51,375 nt of DNA from Parcubacteria group bacterium (GTDB taxonomy: Bacteria; Patescibacteriota; Microgenomatia; UBA1400; PJMF01): contig CALQZX010000006.1 in assembly GCA_943350175.1 (NCBI GenBank), positions 1-51,375 of the forward strand. Direction: 5' to 3'. A program made the translations under genes and the position numbers. Below, one piece after another: positions 14,487 to 24,100 of the stretch. Numbering within the stretch: position 1 is the stretch's first letter; every line of letters starts with the position of its first letter. The notes beneath the pieces are model-generated. The model made no database searches and was not told the DNA's origin. It saw nothing but the letters and a program-made list of their open reading frames with translations.

Positions 14487-17040
14487 ATCTCAAAGCATTC
14501 AGGGCAGATATTTTAGTTGCTCTATATGATGGATACATTCCAGTAACAACAGCAATCACAAATGATAAGGCTACCACTCCAAATCCCAAATAAAATGGAA
14601 TATAAACCAATTGAATATAACCAAGTCCTTTGGTTACAGAAATTACTGAGAGAGCAAAGCTAAGTAATTGACCAGCCATGGCGCTGAGTAAAAGCCCACA
14701 AATTCCTCCTGACAGGCCCATGACGATGGATTCTGCCAAAAATAATCTTTTAACTTCATTTGATTTCATACCAATGGCTTTCATCAAGCCCACTTCTCTA
14801 GTTTTTTCTAAAAGCGAGACTGTCAAAGTATTAAACATGCCCAAAGCAGCAACGCTTAAAGCTACCATTCCAAGAATTGAGAGCACAAATCTAACGGTGT
14901 TAAATAACTCATTAATTTTGCCGACCGTATCAACCACTGAGCTGGTGCGGAAGCCACTGGCTTCAATATCTTGACGAGCTTTTTTAATGTTATCCTGCTC
15001 TTTAACCACAACCTTGACTTGAGAATAATTCTCTACTCCCAAGCCTCTGATATCATTGAATTGTAAATAGTAAGCTGGGGTTTTTTCTTCAGGAATTACA
15101 CCAATAATTGTAAAGTCTGCAGGAGCTGACTCGGCTTGATAGCCATCTTTGGAAAAAAATTCTTGATCAAGCATGAAAGTGGTATTAAATTTTTGGCCAA
15201 CAGCTGTTGCTTCGTCCATTCCAAGAACTTTTAGCATCGCTCTATTAACCACGGCGACTTTTTTTGCTGAATCTCTAAGTGGGACAATCTCACGTTTGAC
15301 GGTGGAAGCAGAATCAGAAGCGCCGCCCATACTAGTCCAATCAAGAGTACCATCAGACATTTGTTTGGCTTCCAAAATCGATCCATCTGCTAAAGCAATT
15401 TGACCGCTGCCACTACTTTCTTCTTCGGTCAAAGCTGCTGAATTACTGCCTTCAAAGCTGTCGCTTGTTGCTAACTCTGCACTAGAGGTCGATTCTCCAA
15501 GCACTCGACCATACATTGGCGGCTCAACCATATCTTCAATTACGACCTCATCAGCTCTTAAATAAACCAGAGATTCAATTTGTTTTTCACTGCTATCAAC
15601 ATCTTTCAAGTAAACATTTTGGCAATCACTACAGTCAACTTTTCGCCAAAGAGGTAATTTGGCGCGAATCCAATAACCAACGTTCTGGCCATTAACATTA
15701 CTACCGACATTGCCCCAACCATTCTCGCTGTAATATGACTCACCATAAACCAACTCTCCAGAAACTAGTAAATTGCCAGATTTGGAAGTGTACATATCAA
15801 GCATTTGATCATCCTTAAAAACATCAGAATAAATCTCGATATATTTACTCGCTGGAATACTAAAACTAATTGATTGGACAGTATCTCCTTCAACAAAAGT
15901 TGGCGTGGCTGAGGCCATAACTCTATATCTATCAATTGAAGCATCTTCTTCCGTCATGTAACCCTGAGCTAATTCCTGAGTTCCACCTGTTTTAATCATT
16001 TGGTATTTACCGTCCACACAATCCAACACTTTTTCGTCACAAACTTCTTTTTTCCAAATTGGCACAGAATCAGCAATCCATGGATTGAAAACATTGCCAA
16101 ATAAATCCACACCTTCGATTAGGGTTTCTTTGCTTTGATAAGTTTCACCCCAAACTTCAGTGGCGTCAATTTCTCCAACACCTCGATTGGTGTAACCAAG
16201 AATCTTGGACTTACTACTTGGCTCGGCATAAACTGCTTTCCAAACTAAAGGATAAATTGAATAACGAATTTGCGATAATTCCTTACTCAATTTAGCCCCA
16301 GTCAGGCGTTTGTTGGCGGCACCAGCCACTTGACCTTGCATTTGACCATCAATGGAGCTGGTTTCATTACTAGGCTTGGAAAAATCCTCTTCATAATCTT
16401 CAAAAAGCGTTCCTTTGACTGGCTGAATAGCTGACTGTTCCAAAAATTGCTTGGTCACGCCATAAGCCACCACGTCTGAGACAGAATTATTGAAATTAAC
16501 CTTGGAAACAACTGAGATCATTGGGATCACTAAATCAACATTTTCAATCTTTTTCATATCTTCCAAAGTTTGCTCATTAATTACCAATGAAGATGATTGA
16601 CCGATTGAAACGTTAATCTGCTTCATTTCGTCTAATCTAGCCACTCTAGAAATAACTAATCTTTGCACGCCATATCCAAGCGACAGCAAAAAAACCACCG
16701 CTCCAAAACCGATTGACATGCCACCGATGGTGATGATTGTGCGAACTTTTTTTAATTTTAAATGACGAACTGCTAAATGAACTAAATCTAGCGAAGAAAT
16801 CTCTCCTTCTTCACTAGAATTGAGTGGATCCATGATTTTTCTATACGCGGCTGAGCCAATTTTACGAAAAGGATTGGCGATTAATCTAATAATTGGCCAC
16901 CTACCAACGAACTTTAAGACATCAAAAAATAAATAAACAATCACGATCAGAAAAAAACGCAAAAAGAAAACCAGCTCTTTGAGAAGAGCGAGATAATTTA
17001 TGCTCTTAAGCTTAATCAAAAACTGCTTAAGTTTCATCAT
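14479..17040 (-). CDS. MacB/FtsX-type ABC permease with a very large (~590-aa) extracytoplasmic domain
   Basis: TM1 is near residue 100 (IITIGGMSIGFGAVVFLLSLGYG). The C-terminal FtsX domain reads LGMVALSVAALGMFNTLTVSLLEKTREVGLMKAIGMKSNEVKRLFLAESIVMG...YPSYRATKISALNALRYE. About 590 aa separate TM1 from TM2. Confidence 0.85.
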   Translation of the reverse strand: MMKLKQFLIKLKSINYLALLKELVFFLRFFLIVIVYLFFDVLKFVGRWPIIRLIANPFRKIGSAAYRKIMDPLNSSEEGEISSLDLVHLAVRHLKLKKVRTIITIGGMSIGFGAVVFLLSLGYGVQRLVISRVARLDEMKQINVSIGQSSSLVINEQTLEDMKKIENVDLVIPMISVVSKVNFNNSVSDVVAYGVTKQFLEQSAIQPVKGTLFEDYEEDFSKPSNETSSIDGQMQGQVAGAANKRLTGAKLSKELSQIRYSIYPLVWKAVYAEPSSKSKILGYTNRGVGEIDATEVWGETYQSKETLIEGVDLFGNVFNPWIADSVPIWKKEVCDEKVLDCVDGKYQMIKTGGTQELAQGYMTEEDASIDRYRVMASATPTFVEGDTVQSISFSIPASKYIEIYSDVFKDDQMLDMYTSKSGNLLVSGELVYGESYYSENGWGNVGSNVNGQNVGYWIRAKLPLWRKVDCSDCQNVYLKDVDSSEKQIESLVYLRADEVVIEDMVEPPMYGRVLGESTSSAELATSDSFEGSNSAALTEEESSGSGQIALADGSILEAKQMSDGTLDWTSMGGASDSASTVKREIVPLRDSAKKVAVVNRAMLKVLGMDEATAVGQKFNTTFMLDQEFFSKDGYQAESAPADFTIIGVIPEEKTPAYYLQFNDIRGLGVENYSQVKVVVKEQDNIKKARQDIEASGFRTSSVVDTVGKINELFNTVRFVLSILGMVALSVAALGMFNTLTVSLLEKTREVGLMKAIGMKSNEVKRLFLAESIVMGLSGGICGLLLSAMAGQLLSFALSVISVTKGLGYIQLVYIPFYLGFGVVALSFVIAVVTGMYPSYRATKISALNALRYE

Positions 17041-17789
17041 ACTTGTTGTTCTTTCGTCAAGTTGCCTCGCTTGGACACACTCAGATTTCCAAGACGCTCG
17101 TCATTGGCACCATATTCTCCCACCACCACTCCGTCTACCATGTTAACTGATCTCGAAGCAAATTTGAGATACTCCAAGTCATGTGTAACCATGATAACTG
17201 TTTTTCCTTGTTCATTAAACCGCTTAAATAAAGCCATGATCTCCTCACTGGCTTTAGAATCTAAATTACCGGTTGGCTCATCAGCTACGATCAAAGCTGG
17301 ATCGGAAATCAAAGCTCTAGCCAAAGAAACGCGCTGTTGCTGACCACCTGAGAGCTCAGCTGGGTTCTGCGTCGCTCCCTGATCCATTCCCACCATTGCT
17401 AATACTTCCAAAGCTCTTTTCTTTCTCTCTTCTTCTGGTAAACCACGCAAAGTGAGTGGAAAATAAACATTTTCCAACACACTCAAAGACTTCACCCAAT
17501 TAGATTGCTGATAAATAATACCGACTTGCTGTTTACGCATTTGTGCCCGCTCATCTTCACTGAAAGAATATAAGTTCTTACCCAAAAAAGTCACTTCCCC
17601 CTTAGTTGGCGGTTCCAAACCAAGCAGAATATTTAGCATCGTACTCTTTCCGCAACCAGATGGCCCGAAGAGGATCATGAAATCACCTTTATTAACCGAA
17701 AAACCAGCCCCTTTAATGATTTGAGTTTCTTGCGTACCCAAGTTAAAAGATTTGTGAATTCCAGTTAGTGCTAAGATCTGTTCTGACAT
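17037..17789 (-). CDS. ABC transporter ATP-binding protein (MacB/LolD/FtsE-like)
   Basis: Walker A GPSGCGKST, Q-loop, signature LSGGQQQRVSLARAL, Walker B LIVADEPTGNLD and H-loop VTHD. An ATGA-type overlap links it to the permease gene. Confidence 0.92.
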   Translation of the reverse strand: MSEQILALTGIHKSFNLGTQETQIIKGAGFSVNKGDFMILFGPSGCGKSTMLNILLGLEPPTKGEVTFLGKNLYSFSEDERAQMRKQQVGIIYQQSNWVKSLSVLENVYFPLTLRGLPEEERKKRALEVLAMVGMDQGATQNPAELSGGQQQRVSLARALISDPALIVADEPTGNLDSKASEEIMALFKRFNEQGKTVIMVTHDLEYLKFASRSVNMVDGVVVGEYGANDERLGNLSVSKRGNLTKEQQV

Positions 17790-17798
17790 ATATTATAT

Positions 17799-18194
17799 TT
17801 ATTCTATTGTTGTTGGATCGAAATTAATTTTCTTAACTTCTGGCCATAAAAATTTACTATCATTTTCTGTATGTAACGATAAATAAAAGCCTTCCATTGG
17901 AACATCTGTCAGTAAAACTGCATGAATTGTTCCAGGAACGCTACTTGTTTGCTCAGCAGTCTGCGAGCGATTTTTTTCACTTGAACCATATTTGACGAAG
18001 CCAATGGTCTCATTAGGAGTCGTCCAAAAAACTATCGCCTGATGAGGATCGATGAAAGTTACTTCGAAGTGATTGTTAAATTCACGTTGCTGTTTATTGA
18101 ATATCACCAGAGAGAAAGCTAGGCCGATAGCGAAAGCCACCAAAATGATTACGATGATTAACTTTTGTTTGAATGATGATTTTTTTAATTTCAT
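17799..18194 (-). CDS. Small membrane-anchored protein with an FN3/purple-acid-phosphatase-N-like ectodomain
   Basis: 131 aa. TM helix LIIVIILVAFAIGLAFSLVIF, then ...IDPHQAIVFWTTPNETIGFVKYGSSEK...GTIHAVLLTDV. This resembles the C-terminal FN3 units of the upstream giant protein. Its start overlaps the giant gene's stop in an ATGA. Confidence 0.6.
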   Translation of the reverse strand: MKLKKSSFKQKLIIVIILVAFAIGLAFSLVIFNKQQREFNNHFEVTFIDPHQAIVFWTTPNETIGFVKYGSSEKNRSQTAEQTSSVPGTIHAVLLTDVPMEGFYLSLHTENDSKFLWPEVKKINFDPTTIE

Positions 18195-21100
18195 TTCGCT
18201 AAAAATCCAAATATTAAAGACATATTAGAAACCACCAAATCCAGAGCATTGTCAGCTGCTTTTGGCGTAATCACCACTTTATCAACTGACTCTCCGACAT
18301 TACTGTATTGATCCTTGGACAAGGCTCTTAAGTGATAAACTTTGGAAGGAGTTAGTCCAGAAATCACCACCAAGTGGTGACTGGTCAGCGAACCATCTTC
18401 CTGAGTTTTTTGTGAATAGGTGGCACCACTACCTTCACCAAATTCTATCTGTGCCGAAGCTAGCTCGTCAGTGTTATATGAAACGACCAATTGCGCTGTA
18501 GCCTCTTCTCCGGCCCCAAGAATTTCTCCTTCAACCTTAAGATCTGTGATCTGCGGAGGGCGACTGTCAGCTGAGGTGGCAATTTGTTGTAATTCACCAG
18601 CAGCTTCATTACCAGCAGCATCCTTACCTTTGACTAAGATCGCATAAGTCATCTGTGGTTCTAAATCGTAAATAATCATCTGGTGTTTACCAGATTTAAG
18701 GGCCAAATTGACTTCATCTTTGGCAGCTCCAGGAGCAGTCACTGGATAATAAGTCACAATTGAAGATGTGCTGGTATTTGATTCCCAAGTGATCAAAAGA
18801 GTTGATCTGGCTGTGCCTTTGACCTGACTGATTTTAATATTTTTGACTTTTGGTCTGGGTAAAGTTTCAAAGGAATGGATTTCACCCTCGTACTCTTCAC
18901 CTTCCGAGTCAAAAGAGTTAATTTTGTAATAATATTTGGTGCCATCTTTAAGGTCAGATAGTTGAACTGTATGAGCACCTTCACCTGATCCAGTTGAAAT
19001 TTCCTCCATCCCACCAAAAGCCGATGATTCTCCGTAATAAAGTCTAATCTTGGCAGCATTTTTAGAAATAAACTCAATCAATGCTGTGTCCAATCCCATA
19101 CTTTTGACCTTGGGTTCTTCTGTAGTTGGAGCTGGCTCAGTTGTGAAAGTAGCTTCCTTTGATTCGCCAGTATTGCCATCCTCGTCAGTCCATTTAGCCA
19201 CGTAATAATAAGTGGTGCCTGGAGAAAGATTAAGCAGATTTAAAGTGTGACTAGTTGTCTGAGTGGAGTTCGAAACTTCTTCATCGAAGTAATCGCCAGA
19301 GCCAGTACCGTAAGCGATTCTAGAATCTGCTGTTCTAGTGGTAGCCCAAGAAGCGGTCGCTTTTCTGGTGGTAATGGCAGAAATAACTGGCTCTGCAGTT
19401 AAGCCGGCTGCTTCTATAAATTTACCATCAGGAAACAACTCGACAATTTCAGAAAAAACACCACAATTATTAGTGCTATCGCAAGCTTTAACTTTGTAAT
19501 AATAAGTTTGCTGCGTCAGCTTAGTATCAACGTAGGAAATTCCTCCACTTGTAGCGATTTGAGAGAAAACCTCACCATCTGTTGATCTATGAATTGAATA
19601 ATGATCCGTGACACCTTCCGCTGGTTTTTCCCAAGATAAAGCAATCTTCCATGAACTAGTGGCCTTGACAGACACGTCTGCGATATCCATATTTAAGGGA
19701 ATTCCAGGCGCCGTGGTGTCTGCTGTAAAAACAACTGAAGCATAATTAGAATAGTTAATGTTGCCAGCTTCATCTTTGGTTACAACATAAAACACATTTT
19801 CTCCTGGTAAAGTAGCGTATGAGCCAGCAATTAAGTTTCTAACACTCGTGGCAGTTGTACTGCGCGCAGTTGGCAAAGCGTTGATACTATAATAGTACGA
19901 CAAATTAGAAACAGATCCGTAATAAGTGTTGATGGCTGGCGGATCCCAACTGAAGGCAAAAGAATTTTCAGTATTTGATGATGGGGTAACTGCTAAATTA
20001 GTTGGAGGGGCCGGAGCATTGCCGCTATCCACGAAATAGTAAGGTGCTGAAGCATACCCGCTGTAATTTCCAGCTTCATCCTTACTGCGAACATAAAAAG
20101 TATTCGCGCCCACTTTATGGGAAGGAATGCCCGTTACAAAAGTGTCAGAAGTACACTGATCAGCTGAATAAATTCCTGTTTCAGCGCCAGTCTTGTAACA
20201 ATATTCTGTAACTAAGGCTCCACTGCTGGTGGCAGCGCTCCAGGAAAAATCAAAGTCATCGGTAGAGGTGTAACCAGATGGATCTGAGACTAAGTCAGCT
20301 GGAGCAGAAGAAGCCCCTCCATCATGCTTATAAATAAATGGCGCCCAAACATCGGTTGAAACATTTAGAGCATCATCAACTGTTTTAATTCTTAAATAAT
20401 AAGTAGTATCGTCAATTAGATTATTGGCAGAATAAGAACTATTGGTTTGCAACGACCCCGCTGAAGTTGGCTCAGCAGTTGCATCTGTGCCAAAATAAAC
20501 GTAATACCCTACCACACCAGAACCAGTGTTTGTATCTGAAGCTCCTCCAGTGGATTCAGCATCTGGCCAATCAAAGTACGGATTTTCATGACTATGCCAG
20601 TTGCCAGAAACGATAATGCTCCCTGGAGTATTATTGCTATAAGCAGCAAGCCCAGCGTTTTGCGGATTGGTTGGAGCAGCAGTGTCCTTGTAATAATTGA
20701 CGGTATAGTTATTAACAACTCCAGAATAAACTCCGTCGGCAGAAGTAAAGAAAAATTTAACTTGAATATAGCGCGCAGGTGGAGATTTGATTTCGTAATT
20801 ATAGGCAGTTCCATTGAACTTCTCTGCTGAGACCGCTGTCCAAGATGACCAAGTACTATTGTCGGCTGAACTGCGTGTCTGAATAGTTAAATCTGCATTG
20901 TCGGCAACAACATAATCAAGCTGCAAATTAACCCACTTATAAACTGAGGTCAAATCATGAACTGGAGAAATATAAGTGCCAATTTCTTCAAAACCAGAAT
21001 CTTCCGTTTGCATCACGTAGGTGTAAATTCCATCATTGAAGGTGTTTGCACCTGTGGCAGCGCCAGTCAACATGATCAGCTTGTTAACTCCATCGCTCTC

Positions 21101-24100
21101 ACCAGAACCGCCAGCAGAAACATTGGCTGGAGCATTGGCCAGAGTCGTCCAAATATTGTTAGCAATCGAATATTTGAAAAAATCATTGTCATTCTCACCA
21201 CGAGCTACATAGATATTGCCATCACCGCCATAGCTGGCAAAACCATCATTATAAACATCAATATTCAGATCACTAACAGCAGGATCGCTCCATGTGTTAG
21301 CCGTGATGTCATAGCGATAAAATGGATTATTGGCGACATTTTGTCCTCTTAGTGAATATATATAATTGCCATTTAAAACCAGCTCTGCACCGTAACCCAA
21401 ACCAACTGGACTAACTGCCATAGCTGACCACTTAGAACCGCTAGCTCCTTGTGTGTCGAAACGATAAAAAGTTGTATTAGTACCACCTCTATTTAAATAG
21501 ATATAGCGAGATCCGTCATAAACCATCGAGCTACCATAGTCTATAACTGCTGGAGTAGGGTCGTCTTCACTCCAAGTATTACTAGCAATATCATAGACAT
21601 AGAATTTTTGGACAAAATAGCCACCAGTAAAATAAATCTTATTTGCAGTACTGTCGTAAACTAAAGAAGAGCCATTGTATGCACCGACTGGCGCAACCGC
21701 CATTCTCTTAATTTCTCCACTTCTTGAATTATAACGAATGAAGTCGTCTGAATAGTTGCCCCTAGTCAGATAAAAATAATCGCCATCGCCTTTGACCAAG
21801 TCTTCACCATATCCTGGAGGAATGTTATTTACACCCTGATAGGTTCTGCCAAAAAGATCTCTATTTGGAATAAGCCAACTATCTTTACTAACATCATATT
21901 TATAGAAACTGGTGGTATTGTTGCCCACAATTGAGTAAAGATTGTCACCTATATTTTTGATCGAAGCTCCATAGTAAAAGGTGGTTGGTGCAGATTTAAC
22001 TTCTGACCAAGCTTGAGAGCCAACATCAAATTTATAAACCTTGTCAGAATAATTGCCAGCCAAGTAATAGACCGCATTGACACTCGGCACATATTCTATC
22101 GAGGAACCAAGGTAAGGTAATTGTGGCACATCAGGCAAAACTGTCCATGAATTGCTGTTAATATTATAAACAGAGAAACCATCGCGTAAGTTACCCTGAG
22201 TAGCGTAAACATAACCTCCAGCACGATCAATTGCTAGATCAGCTCCAGCATAAGCACTATTATTAACTGCATTGGCAGTAGCTCCAAAATCTAAATTTGC
22301 CAAAGATTCCCAACTATCATCAGTGGTGTTATAACGCCAAAAAGCATCGTCATCATTACCACGCATGGCATAAATATAGCCAAGATTGTCATATTCCATG
22401 GCTGCTCCATAGTAAACAGCCAAAGGAGTATCTGAAGCAGCTTCATCGCTCCATTCGTTAGCATCAATATCGTAACGATAAAAGGAAGAAGTATTGTTGC
22501 CTCGCAAACCATATAAATATCCACTAGGTCCTTCCACCACACCACCACCAATATAAATATTGGCTGGAGCATTAGCTAAAGTTGTCCAAAGATCTGTTTC
22601 CAAATCATAACTATAGAAAGTCGCAACGTTAGCTCCTCTAAAAACGTAAAGTTTATTGGAAGTTGAAACATAAGCAGTATTCTTTGCCCCATATTGCATT
22701 GCTGCTGGAGTATTACTCAAAGCTTCTTGCAACCAAAAACCATTTTCGCGACTAGCTAATTTCAATTGATTATTGGTTGTATTCACCTCTTCAGTGGTGC
22801 CAAGGAATTCTGTGACACTTAAACTCTGTGCTGGAGAAATACCTCCATAAACATAGGTAAATAAAGTGCTCGCTTCACTAATATTGCCGGCAATATCTTT
22901 GGTTTTAATCCTCAAATAATAACTACCGGTGGCTAAAGAGCTGGTGGAAACATAATTGGCATTGGTTTGATAATTGCCAACAATCTCTGGGTCAGCTACT
23001 TCATTATTGCCAAAATAAACATAATACCCAGCTACGCTAGTTTCTGCATCGCTAGCTCCAGTCCAAGAAAAATAAGGTCTGATATGAGAATAGCTTTCCC
23101 CATTACTAAGGGCTACTCCACCTACTTCCTGTGAACTAGCCACAACTGTACTAGGGTTAGTTGGCACACCAGCATCACCAGCGTAATCAATATTAATTTC
23201 ACTAAGTGTTGGTGTGTGAGTCAATCCACCTCCAGAAGCTAATAAAGTAACTCTAATTTGAATATATTTCTGTGCTGGAGAAGCAATATTGCTCCCACTA
23301 ACACTAGCCCAACTGCTCCAAGAAATAGAGTCATTGCTCGTCCTCGTCTCATAAAGAATGTCGCTGCTAGCTGGAGTTGATTCCACAACAGTGAAATCAC
23401 CAAAGCTAGACACATATTGCAAGTCTCTAGGCTCAGAAATCCAAGTGCCACTACTGACATATTTAGTTGCTCCTGGCGTGTAAGTCAAAACATAGGTTCT
23501 GCTATTACCATAAGCAATGTAAAAAGAACCACTCCCATCGTATTCAATGGAGGCTCCAGCATACAAACCCAAGTCTTGAGCTAGATAGCCATGAATATTT
23601 TGTAATTCCCTCCAAGAATTTTCACTAATTTCATACTCATACATGTCATTTTTATACCAACCAGCCAAAGCAACAATTTTTCCATCATAGTAACTTAGGT
23701 CAGTACCATAATAAGGAGCAAAGGGCGGCTTAGCCATTTCTGTCCAAGTGTTAGCTCCCCCACCAGAAATGGTATATTTGAAAAAGCGACTAATACCAAC
23801 ACCTGGAGCATAAAACAAATCTGTTCCGTTAGAAATTAGACGCGCACCTGCTCCTGCTTCAGAATCTACAGGTAAATCAGTCACCGAAACGTCATCCCAA
23901 GTGTTGCCTGAAATACTGTATCGCCAGAATGAAAGCGTTGTGTTCCCACGAGCAGCATAGATGTAATCTCCAGATCCTGGATAAGTTAAGGTGCCGCCTG
24001 CTCCAACCGTCGCTGGCGCATTGGCCATTGTTGACCAAGAATTACCTGCCACATCATAACGATAAAAAGTATTGGTATTGGAACCACGGAAAAAGTACAG

